From the NCBI RefSeq assembly GCF_009914755.1, contig NC_060932.1: a DNA stretch of 64,000 nucleotides; one strand, given 5' to 3'. Made by a program: the position numbers and the translations under genes. The stretch is from the human T2T-CHM13v2.0 reference genome, Homo sapiens. This document shows, one piece after another, positions 41,390-55,504 of the stretch (positions within the stretch are counted from its first letter, which is position 1; the number at the start of each line of letters is the position of its first letter). The notes below the pieces were generated by a model, which did no database searches, was not told the origin of the DNA, and was given only the letters and a program-made list of their open reading frames with translations.

Positions 41390-41850
41390 CATGCTAGAGG
41401 AGGGTTCTGGGTATTCTTCATGCTCCATCCTTTTTCATCCTGCTCAGGGGCCAAAAAGATTGACTTTTATCAACAGCATCACTGGGTTCCCTTTCTTTCC
41501 AGTTAGTTTTGGCCAATGGGAAACAACAGCCGGAGCTGAAAGGACAGCAGAATGAGGTTGAGGCATTTACTCCCTTGGAATTCCCCCTTGGCAGGCCATG
41601 GGTTCCCCTCTGTCACTCTCTGGGACAGGCTGTCTTCTCCAACTACAGCTCTTTCTCTAATTCCTTTGTCCACTTTTCCCTTCCCTCTTCAGGCTTAAGG
41701 AAAAGGTAAGGCCTCCTCCTAGCTCTGTGTTGCTTCACTATTCCTAGTTGGTTTCCCTTAAATCCTTCCCTTAAATCAGCTCTCACTCTTGTAATTAGCC
41801 CATTCATTAAACTTACTCCAACCACCTGGTTTAAAGCTAGTTTCTGCCTA
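41390..41850 (+). mobile_element. LTR33/LTR16-like ERVL LTR
   Basis: gttttggccaatgggaaacaacagccggag...gtaattagcccattcattaaact resembles LTR33. Confidence 0.5.
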
Positions 41851-42109
41851 ATAAAAGTGATGTCAAGAATTGGAAGGCTTATAAATGCCTTGGAATGTGC
41901 CCCTCAAACTCACTACTTTGGTTAATGTTCTAAATTCACGTTACAAAGGGAAATGAATTAGTTGATACTATATCGTAATCACAGGATCAAGCTCTGATGT
42001 TGGATTCATTGATAAAGAATATGCTATTTCATAGACTACTAAGAAAAGCTGTTATGCTAGGTTAAATAAAGTGAAATAGCATTGTTTTTAGTAGAAAAGA
42101 AATGAAAAT

Positions 42110-42410
<301 letters not shown>

Positions 42411-42819
42411 AAATGAAAATAACTTAAATATCCACCAATTAATGGAATGGTTGGATAAATTCTGTAGTACATTAATAACAGGGATCTATGGAAGACTAAG
42501 TTACATCTATAGCTATAGATGTGGAAATATATTTGTGATGTATCATTAAGTAAAAAAATTTGTAGAGTAATGTGAATAATCTCATCTTCTATGAAAAGAA
42601 ATAACCAAAACAACTCTATACATGTGCTTATGCAGTTTGTCTATAAACTGGAAAAAAAAGTTGGGGAAATATATCAAGTGTTAACATTAATTACCTCTGG
42701 GGTCATTGGAATGAAGAAAAAATTTATCAGTATTTACAAAACTTTGCAATTGTGCAGTGAATTAATGTAGCATGAACATTTTTTATAATTTTACAGGGAA
42801 ATTCAGTAAGGAAATCTTG

Positions 42820-43033
<214 letters not shown>

Positions 43034-43319
43034 TAGGAAATTTTAAAGAGAAAAACAAGATGTGTTCCTAAATCTGGAGCTATTTATGAAATCCTTTGAC
43101 CAGAAATAGTAACTCTACCAGCCTATATCACCTGCCTCAATGTTGCATGGAACATGAACTAAGAAATTCTAATCTATTTTGGCAAGTAGAAGCAGAATCA
43201 GCACATAAATAAAATTATATTGGCTTAAAGTCGTGTAACTAATTTTCTTACATGTAAGCATTTCTCTCAATGACCAAAATATTAAGTAGTGCTGACTGGA
43301 TGACTGTATTTTGGTCTTA

Positions 43320-44273
<954 letters not shown>

Positions 44274-44394
44274 AAGAATGTTTTAAATGTCAAAGTTGCA
44301 TTTCTCTATGTTGTATTACTGAGACAAATCTGGTGTTTTCTAAATCACCTTAGTGAAAGTGCCCTACTTAGAAGAAGCAAAGAAGAACCAAAAT

Positions 44395-45033
<639 letters not shown>

Positions 45034-45519
45034 TCTCATTAATTTTTAAAACAAACAAATTTTGGAAAATACCAATCTGACTTTCCTTGGCAATGACACT
45101 CACAGAAGGCACTAGGATAGCTGGGATGTGCTCTATACCAGATTTTATGGATTATTCACTCATATCCTCTTGCCTGGCATTTGTTTTTCTCAGGGGGAGG
45201 AAAGGCTACAGACACAGTTCTTAGTATGCCGTAAAACTCTCTTCCACAGAGCAGATCCTTGTCTCCATTGCTAATGAACCGGTCCACCTTTAGCCAGCAA
45301 CTTCATTCTAAGGGAGGGAAAGTCTGTGTTTGTTAAACTCATCGTCTGACTCCTCTGTTCACTAAGTTTTACCCCACATTCAGTCTGAAAAACACATACA
45401 CACTTACCAAGATCTCCCAGTAGGGATAGAGGTCGAGGCTGGGAGGTCTGGAACCTGGAGAGAGTTTGGAAAGGTCTTCTGGGCAAGCAAGCACTTTCAG
45501 CAGCTTTTTAGGTAGAGAT

Positions 45520-45770
45520 AGTTTGGTTTAATGGTTATAAGTACAGTCTCTGGAGTCAGACTCACCTGGCTTTAAATACAGCCTTTGCTTCTTACAAGTT
45601 CTGGGACATTAGACAAGTTTCTTATCCTGTACATACTTTAGCATTCTCATCTGAAGTGGAGATAATAATGAATACCCATCTCTTGGGGTTGTAAGGCTTT
45701 GGCTAAGGGACATCCACAAATCTCTTAAGTGATGCCTTACACAGGTAGTGAGCACTCAGGAGATACTAGC
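45520..45770 (+). mobile_element. MIR
   Basis: agtctctggagtcagac...tctcatctgaagtggagataataat core. Confidence 0.7.
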
Positions 45771-46109
45771 TGTAAAGATGTAGGAGCAGCAGAAGCAGTA
45801 ACAACCCAGGAAGCTCCAAAGAAATGGTTAAAATTGTGGGTAAGAATGATTTTCAGATGGTGAACACAGAAGCAGAGAGCACACAGATGTTTAAGAACTA
45901 TTACTCAGACCTCATAAAGGGTCCATACTAACTATTGCGTTTTCTTGTCTAATACTTTGCCAGTTCTTCCACATTATCAATAATGAATTTGCCCATCACA
46001 TCTGTGAACAATCAAACCAAGAGAAAAATCTTTCAGCCCAAGACTCAAGCACCTTCCTGTCCCTACCATCAATAAGTTGGAATTGCTTTTTCAGTCTCCA
46101 AACATCATA

Positions 46110-46150
46110 AACACACACATACACACACACACATACACACACACACACAC
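46110..46150 (+). repeat. (CA)n microsatellite, interrupted
   Basis: CA run with TA interruptions. Confidence 0.9.
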
Positions 46151-47258
46151 AGAGAGACACGGCAGCTTATTGAGATATATTTTGTACAAGAGACTGGACA
46201 AAAAGAAACAAGAAACTACTTAAAATCAAACATTGTTTTCCAGTCCAGGTTAGCATTCCTGGAAAATCCATCCACAGTATTTTTCAGGCAGGTTAAAATC
46301 TCTGAGCTGTGATCAGATAGTGTGCCAAGAACGTGGTCAGACAGACAGGCTTGGAAACTGGAAAGGAAGGTCTGTTTCCAAATGAAAAGTATAGCATAGT
46401 CACAGCTGGTATACCAGGATGAAGGGCTTTGTGAATAACACCATGTTTTAAGAGAAATAAATGGATATTGAGCCTGGGACCAGATCACTATAAGGGTACA
46501 ACTCGGTTCTCCTCTCAAACTCTTTTCTCTGTCCATTTTAAAGAAATAACTTCACTGATACTTCTGCTCCTGTAAAAAATTTGGTGAAATTTTTACATTT
46601 AAATTAGTAGAGGTGCCCCAACTGTGTGCTGTTTTTCTTTTTTTGTCTTAGTTGACACTTTGATTCCCATGACAAATGTTGTCCCTAAAGACTAAAAATT
46701 GGATGAACTCTCCAAATGCAAAATATGCTTCTCTTTCAACCAGGAGCTCTTTTAGGGAAGGCTGAAGAGCTGGACAGTGAATTGAGGGGCTTTACCCTTT
46801 CAATAGCCATCACAGAAAGAAGCTAGGTTTCAGATTTGGTAAGCAGGACAGGTCTTACTGAGAAGTGACATAAGTTAGAACTTGACTAATTGTCTTTTAT
46901 CTGGCAACCCATGGGTGCCTGAAATTCTAGGTTTTGCCTTCAGCAACATGACATAAAAAAGCATAGGATACAGAATGAAACAGACACAGATTTGACCCTG
47001 GATCTTCTATTCACAAGCTGTGTAACAAGGGGTAGGAAGGGTAAACTGCCTGAGTTTCAGTGTCATCATCCATAAAGGAGAAATAATAAGAATGCTTTTA
47101 TAGCATTGTATTACGTGAGACAGTGTAGATAGTTCTCCTTTGCAAAGCCAATCAAAATGTGCATGATTAACAAGATGCTGGTTATCATCATTTGTCTTGC
47201 CTTCATTTGTCTTGCCAGTATCAATGAAAACACTTTTTCCTTCAAGAATAGTACTTTA

Positions 47259-47556
<298 letters not shown>

Positions 47557-48214
47557 TTAGCCATGTCAATTATTTGCATTTTAACGTGAATGAATAATAA
47601 AAGTAAGGGGAAAGAGATGCCTAAAGAACCGCACTGAGAAGTGGAAATGGCAGAACATGCTAAGAAAGAAAAATTGTTTACCTAGGAGACTTAACATAAA
47701 CTTTCTCCTCCTCAAAACACTTGCTAGGATTGGTCCTCCTGTCTCTTCCTTGCTGCTACTAGGTTTGCTTTATTTTCCCTAACAATGAAATGTAGAAGAT
47801 CTGGACTTTTATTCCATAAAATAGACATTTATTGAATGCCTACCAAGTGGCAAGCACTGTGATAGGTGTGGGGAATCTAACAAACAGACTTGTCAACTGC
47901 CCCTTTGGAGCTCACAGTCCATGGAATCTGACTTGGCGAAGAAAGCCCAAGACAAAGCCTTGAGATTTTCCTCTATTAAGGACTGGGTAAATGTAACAAA
48001 GAGGAAGAAGGTGAAGATGTTCATAGCTAAGCAAGAGGAGGCAGGAGGAGATGAGATTCAGAGAAGAAGCAGAGATGAGTCTTAGGTCAGAGAAGGATGG
48101 CCTCTCCATTGATACAAAGGAACCACCTAGTTATTCAACAAATAGAAACTTGCACTCAGTCTTTATGTGAAACTAGGCTAGGTCCTAACGATTTAGTTAT
48201 CAAAAAGACTTATC

Positions 48215-48632
48215 AATAGGTATTCCAGGAAGCCAACTCTAAGTTGGAGGTCAGCATGCGGGAGGTTTTTTTAAAGGGATTTATTAAGATCAATAGCCCG
48301 ATAAAAGGAGAGGATAAAAGCAGGATCAAGCAGAAGAAAGGGTCAAACTGCAATGCAAGTCCAAGGACAGCTTCAGCAAACCCCACAGGGAGCTCTGGAG
48401 CTAGGATGTTCCTTAGAGTTCTCCCCTGTTGAACTGAGATGGTCACATGTACCAGCCATTGATGGGACCACCCTGGGATGTGGTGTTGGGCAAGGTGCCT
48501 CTCTGCTGATGAGGCAATCACACTGAAGGTGCTGGCCGCTGAAGGCCACCTACCAACAGCACTCCTTGCATCTGGGGAAACAAGTGCTTCATTGACAGAA
48601 GATCTGGGGGACACATCATAGTGCTTATCCCA
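48215..48632 (-). mobile_element. LTR16-family ERVL LTR
   Basis: caaaccccacagggagctctggagctaggatg...gatctgggggacacatcatagt, clearly related to the copy at 54520-54950. Confidence 0.7.
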
Positions 48633-48701
48633 AAGAACAATATAGTCTCGGCTTCATGGGGGTCATGATCTTGCCTAAGATACGGACATTAAACAACAAA
48701 T

Positions 48702-48717
48702 CCAGCAGGTGGCAGCA
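48702..48717 (+). promoter_or_regulatory. Candidate CTCF site
   Basis: CCAGCAGGTGGCAGCA matches the CTCF core consensus CCASYAGRKGGCRS; motif evidence only. Confidence 0.5.
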
Positions 48718-51059
48718 TCATGATTGAGGTTGGTCGACCTGGATTAAAGCAGGATTTGTTGAGTCAGGGTCCTTGGATGCAAACATTCAAAAGGACTCGT
48801 TACCTAAAGCTTAAAGGGACTTTTGGGAGGGCATAGACCAGATCAGGAAAGTGACAAGAAGGACCAAGTACCAAGCTCAAAAATGTGTAGAAATAGCAAA
48901 TAGAGGTTTGACATCCAGAACCTCAACCAAGATCCTGCTATAGAAGCAGTCTGGATTGAGTATCTCTTCTGACCCTAGGAAACACTGGGTGCCACCACCT
49001 CAAAAAATACATATTTTGTTGAATGAAAATTTACATTTTTCACATTTCTTTGTTAAGAAAAAGAAAGCAAACCTAGTAGGCACATGGAAGATTTGGAAGA
49101 ACCAAGCCTAGCTAGTGTTTTGAGGAGGAAAAAGTACATGTTAAGCCTCCTAGGTGGCCTGTTTTTCTCTTTCTTAGCACAGTCTACCATTTCCACTTCC
49201 CAGCACCCTTCTTCCGTCATCTCTTCCGCTTTACTTTCATTTCTTCTTTCACTTTAAATGCAAATGATTGACACAACTAAAGTGTTATTCTCAAAGGAAA
49301 AAGTGTTTTCATAAATAATAGCAACAAAGATGAAAGGTATAACAAATAATTATGATAGCCATCGTCATGTTAATCTGGCACATTATTTTTGGCTTTGCAA
49401 AAGAAAATTACCTACACTGTCTCATTTGATACATACAATGCTATGAAACCACTCTTATTTCTACCTTACAGATGATGATGCTGAAACTCAGGGAGTTTAA
49501 ACTTCCTACCCCAAATTACACAGCTAGTAAGTGCAAGATCAAGGGTCAACTCTATGTCTAATCCTGAATCCCATGATCTATTTTTTATGTCATGTCGTTG
49601 AAGGCAAAAACCTAGAATTTCAGGCACTTCTGGTTGCCAGGTGAAGGAGAATTAGTCAATTTCTAGCTTATGGAACTTATCAGAGGGGATGAATTCTGGC
49701 CTATTCCTTGCCACTCTGCATCACTGGTTTCAAATTTATAGACTTGAGCATGAGCATCTCTTCATCAAGCACACACAGGTGGCCACATTCTAACTATCAA
49801 CATCTGGCCTTTCAGGCTTCCTCTTGCAAAGAAGGATTTTCAAACATCAGAAGAGGGTTCAGGCACTGCACTGATTTTTTTTTAATGCGTAAAGAGCAAA
49901 GACCCATCAATTTTGGCTTGGTACTCATGAGAAGAGGTTAATGTTATGCAGATGCTAGAGACCCCAAGCTCATGAAGGGCATTCAGACAGTGGGCTGATA
50001 AAGCAGATAAACACTAAACAACAGACCATCACTTGGATTCAGTGCTTGTGAGAAGCGGTTAATTAACGTTATGCAGATGCTGGGTCAAGCTGGATAGATG
50101 TGGTATTGACAGAAGGCTTTTGGTCTCAGCAAAGTAATTAAACTGCACTCAGGAGATCAAGGCCAAATCTCAGTCAGAAGATGGAGGTTAGAGAGGAAAA
50201 GCGAAGCTCAGCGAGTGGGCACATACCCATAGCCCACCCCCAGCACAATAGTAATTCCAAATTCTTTCCAGTGGGAAGGGGAGGGCTCTTGAAATATAGC
50301 CCAATTGGCCAGGACTGGCTCAGACAGTAAGTAACGGCTGTCTTTGAGCTGAAAGTTTTCTGTTCCAGCAAATGAGTGGGGCTGGAAAAGGTAATGGCAG
50401 GAAGATAAATGACATGGAAGGAAGCTTGACTAACTTTCTTTTCTACCTCCTCCAGAGCCTTCCCCTCACCCCCACATAAAAAGACAATGTTTATTTGACA
50501 CCAACTATACTAAACACTGTGCTAGGTATGTCCACAAATTTTCTCTTTAAAAACCTCAAATTGAGATCTGTTTTGCTCATTTTTCTCACTGCAGAAGCTG
50601 AGTATCATAGATGTTAAATAACTCGTCCTGAATCTCCCCAAAAACAGTGTGCCCATTTTCTATTACCTGTACTCTCTCACCCCTTACTTTATTCTAGATT
50701 CTTCACTCTCACCTTACTTGCATAGGCACTTTATATTTCTTAGATTCATATTTCTCGAACTGGAATTTATACTATTATTAGAATGTTGAAGGTATTTGAG
50801 GTCATAGGCTTAGCATAAAGTACATTTCTGCGATGACAATTTTATTTGAGGATTTCGCAGGACTGGGGTTGCTGGTTGAGGGAGGGCAAAGGGTTAAATA
50901 ACTTAATTCATTAGTGTTTAAAATAGTTTCATATTAAAACAAATACAGATTCGTTGAAGATATGAATATTTAAGACAAAATGGGTAATGTCAAGGATATC
51001 TCAAATCACTTTGGGCCACACTGCAAATCCCCCTGAGATATACATTCACTCTTCTCAGT

Positions 51060-51292
51060 CATTAAAAGACCTAGAGTTAGATAGATCAGTAGAATGACAA
51101 TAGTTAACATTAATTGTACATTTCAAAATACCTAGAAAGAATAATTTGTACATTTCTAGCATAAAGAAAAGATAAATATTTAAGATGATGGATATTCCAG
51201 TTACTCTTATTTGATTATATGAATGTATCAAATTATCCATTTACCCCTAAAATAGGTACATCTCATATCTAGCAGTGAAAATTTTTTAAAAA
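51060..51292 (+). mobile_element. L1MA 3' end fragment
   Basis: gtacatttcaaaatacctagaaagaataatttg...gatgatggatattccagttactc. Confidence 0.75.
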
Positions 51293-51309
51293 TATTTATT
51301 GTGAGAAGT

Positions 51310-51602
51310 CATGGGGAAAACTCAGTTAAGCTCCCTGCCACCTCCCAAGTCCACTTGGGCACCTGACTCTGGGATCATTCAAGAGGTTCCCCATCTTGGA
51401 AGAAGACGAAATATCAATACCCACTCAGAAAAGCCCAGGCACTGGGGAAACTCCAATGGAAGAAGACCTTAAGCCTGCCATCTTTGGAAAGAGTGGAAAT
51501 TTCTAGATACAAAAGAATGACTCAGAGGCCCAAAAGTGTAAAAGGAGTAATGAGATGAAATGGAACAGAGGAACACCTTGGCTTCGGGTCAGGAAAATTT
51601 CC
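51310..51602. promoter_or_regulatory. Candidate NF-kB/AP-1 motif cluster (inducible enhancer or promoter)
   Basis: GGGAAACTCC (51445-51454, exact GGGRNNYYCC), GGAAAATTTCC (51592-51602), TGGAAATTTCT (51494-51504), GGGGAAAACT (51313-51322) and AP-1 TGACTCA (51518-51524). Confidence 0.45.
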
Positions 51603-52214
51603 AGACAGTAAGAACTGTTAGGTGACTGACACATCTAGGAGGAAAATGAGGGGTGTCCTGGCGCTTAGTTCTTCAAACCCGGTAGGAATAAGGCAAGCCT
51701 GGTCTACAGGAAACCATCTGTCCTGACTCCGGGAGGGTAAGATGGACAAGCAGGTCATTTTCAGCTCCTATTTCAGTTGCCCTATGGAACAGGGGTGATT
51801 CAAACTGTATGTCGTTAAAACCACTCTTCATGTCGGTGGTTTGGTTGTTTGGGTTCTTTTAAAGTACCACGTGACAAAGGCCCTTATGACAAAACAAAGT
51901 TTGTTTCAAACCTAACTCTCTTATCTTCTCTTCCCCATGCATGTAAAGTAATATGCTTTCTCTTAGAACTAGTTCCAGGGTAAACTGGATTTATGTAGTG
52001 CTTTATGTAAACCATGAGGCCAAAGAACAGAATATGAAAGATCCCACACTGGGCTGGATCAAATTTCAGGATAGCCTGAGGTTCTGAATCTGACAGTGGT
52101 ACCCAGGGACATGCTGGTTGTTGTTAACCTCGAAGGGACACAGGGACAAGCCCTGGGCAAACAAACACATCTCTCTCATGGGCAGACCTTTTATGAAGGT
52201 CTCCATCTCTAGAG

Positions 52215-52420
52215 AATAGTAAAAACAGCGTAGGCTTTCAGAATCAGACAAAGCTGGATTCTGACTTACCCTGTCACACAGAAAAAGATGCTTTGAGGAG
52301 AGACTTAATTGGAACCTCATCTGTAAAATGCACAAAATAAAGCATGACTGAGAAAATGAAATGAACAAAGGTATGTGCAGTGCTGAGCACAGCAACTAGC
52401 ATACAGCAGGTGCTTAATAA
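52215..52420 (+). mobile_element. MIR
   Basis: ggctttcagaatcagacaaagctggatt...cctcatctgtaaaatg core. Confidence 0.7.
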
Positions 52421-53100
52421 ATTATAACAAATAATATATGGTGATTCTGTTTAGAAATCTCTTAAGACTCTATATGTTTTCTCAATTCCTGGTGCATTAG
52501 TATTGGAGTTCAGGTGTTTATGAGGTCCAAGCCATTATTATAATTATGTTCCTCTAATGAGTGATTTCCCGTCTAACCATGAGATACCTGCTGCCTTCCT
52601 AGTTGGAAGGGAATGTTGGTGTTTTGCTAGCAGTGCCCCAACTCCAGACTTCAAGGGAAGCCCTGTTCTGTTCATTCTTGGTCCCTAGGGTGGTCTTAAC
52701 AGCTCAGACTTCCTTTCTCAACCCTTTCCTGGCTCCTAAGTGATTAACCTATTCCCTCCCTTCCAGATGCTATGAGTTAACCTTCCTCTTTTATGGGTTT
52801 ACCTGAACAAACATAACGCTCTCTCACATCTGCCATTTAAATAAGAGGAGATATATTACTTACATGTTGCAATGAAAATGTTATAAGCATCAGGAAGAAA
52901 TGTGTAACAGCTTGTGGCTGCCTTAGCTGTATGTTGGGGTTTACCAAGCAACCTCTTTAATTGCCATTGCTGCAATATTCACAGATCTGGCATGTAGTTT
53001 TAAAAACACACCTAAATAAATAAATTAGAGAACTGCTCTGATGGGGACAAGGTCTACAGCTCTGTCATTTCTGATTAACAAGCTTCTTTGTTTCTCACAG

Positions 53101-53364
53101 TTTTATAGCTGCTGCGGAATTGGAAAGGAGGCCCTTGAGATGGCCATGGGCCACTTATTCCATGATCAGTCCAAGTCTATGATACAGCTGTTTCTTGATT
53201 TGCTGGTAATCACTCATTAATAAAATCAGATTTGTGTTCATCTTCAGGCAGTGGGAATATCTGGGATGTGCTCCTGTCAAGAAAATATGTCCTAGTGTCA
53301 CAAGTAAATGTGAAAAACAAGGAGTAAATACTACAAGGAGGAAAGTTAGGGCCATGGAAGAATG
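53101..53364 (+). other. Candidate non-coding exon
   Basis: Branch-like ctgattaac, acceptor ttctttgtttctcacag (AG 53099-53100), donor ATG|GTAAGT at 53364/53365; alternative internal acceptor at 53247. Confidence 0.35.
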
Positions 53365-53599
53365 GTAAGTTTCTGCTGTTTATATTCGCTGGGCCATTCC
53401 AGAGTCATTTCTGTCATTGCAAAGACCCAGGCTTCTTAGGGAAAACAACAGGAACGTATTTCATCAGCATTTTTTTTTTTTTTTAGTACTCAAGGGGTGC
53501 TCATTTGCCTTTGCTTCCAGCTATCTTGCACCTATTTGCCCTGAAGTTCAAGTGCCTGAATTCTTCTTCAACCCCATCAGATATTATGCTGCTAGTACT

Positions 53600-54122
53600 T
53601 ATTAGTATCCTGGGGTATTTTAGACTAACTATGGTTTGGAATAAAAATTATGGAGACAGACTCTGGCTACCTTACGCAGAAAAGGAATTAACTACACAGG
53701 CATTGGATACCTTACAGAATTGGCAAGAAAATGTGGTAACCAGCCTTGGCAGGAACTGAGGGACTCTCAGCCAAGGTCCTTCCTAAAAATGATCTGCCTA
53801 GAACACCACTGCTGATCTTCAGCCATCAGATTCTTGCTATAATGACACAGACTTATGACTTTGCCACAGCCTCCATGAATAATTTTTAACTGACCATGCC
53901 ACTTGCATCATTCCTTCTACATTCAAAGTAGACACTAGGGAATGTGGTTGACCAACCATGGGTCACATGATGATGTCTCAGTTACTGAGCTAGGAATAGT
54001 ACGGCCCATTCCTTTCACTTTCTATAGAGAGAATAACCCCCCCACCTATCTTAGGACTTGCCCCAAAACACAAAAGATGTTTTTAAATTCTGCGCAGCGA
54101 AAATGACCAGCATCCATTATAG
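53600..54122 (-). mobile_element. Old class III (MLT1M/N-like) LTR, probably the 3' LTR of the adjacent provirus
   Basis: acagactctggctaccttacgcagaaaagg...ggtcacatga...aatgaccagcatccattata are old MaLR/ERVL LTR motifs directly followed by internal sequence. Confidence 0.5.
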
Positions 54123-54407
54123 TCCATCACATTTGCTAACAACCTCTAGGATCCATCTTTTCTTCTGAGCATTTCCAAAAACACTGCTACCATCTAATGC
54201 AATGAAACCATCCTCAGGACAACCAAAAAGTCATCATCTCCTGAATCGGAGGCAAAGCAAAGCCTCAACTGGCATTGGAGCCAGTTCCAGATATGAAGTC
54301 TATTCTCCTCCCTGGTATCCTACCAAATGAAGTCAGCCCCTAACAACACAAAATATTGTGCATACATATAAACATGGGACAGAGCCAGATAGCAGAAAAG
54401 GAAAGTA

Positions 54408-54447
54408 CACACACACGCACACACATACACATACACACACACACACT
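54408..54447 (+). repeat. (CA)n microsatellite, interrupted
   Basis: CA run with CG/TA interruptions. Confidence 0.9.
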
Positions 54448-54517
54448 ACATTAAGAAAAGAAATATGATTTGAAGCCATATTTCTCATTGGTAACTAATA
54501 TGAGGCTACAACTATGG

Positions 54518-54952
54518 TTACAGGTTAGGTTCTTTGGAAAGTAGATTCTGAGATAGGATTTCGCTTGCAGGATATTTATTAAGGAGAGCTCTTGGGATCA
54601 ACTCCTATAGAAGGGTAGTGAAGGGAGCAGAGTAGACAAAGGAAAAAGTCAAGCTGAAATGCTGACCCAACAGCCCTAGTCAGTGCTGTGGAGACCTTGA
54701 GAGCTAGAATGACCACTCAGAGTTGACTCAAGTTGGGCTGAGATGACCAGGTCTTTAAATCCCCACATTGATCCATCACTAAATGTGGGTCACCCCATGA
54801 AGGGGCATGAACTTGAGTGAGGCAGCTCTCTATAGCTGAGTCAATCTCTGAAGGGGTTGAAAACTAAAAGATCTCTGCAGTCTCTCATAAGCTGGGGCAA
54901 CAATTCATTCAATGAGGGGTAATCTAGGGGGTGTATCACAGTGTCCATCATA
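54518..54952 (-). mobile_element. LTR16-family solo LTR nested in the ERVL internal region
   Basis: ggttctttggaaagtagattctgagatagg...atctagggggtgtatcacagtgtccatca. Confidence 0.7.
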
Positions 54953-55161
54953 GCTGGTATTTATGATTTTCTTCCTCTTCTTCCTGTTCTATATTACCTT
55001 TGTCTTGAACAAGCACTTCAGCTAATTAGTATTCTTTATCCAGTGGGGTAACCCAAACCTTTATTTTTCAGGATGCTAAAGTCCAAACTCACATCATAGT
55101 CTTTCCCTTCTACAGGTAGAGCTGAGACTTTATAGGATGATCCACTGTTCAATAAGGACTA

Positions 55162-55504
<343 letters not shown>

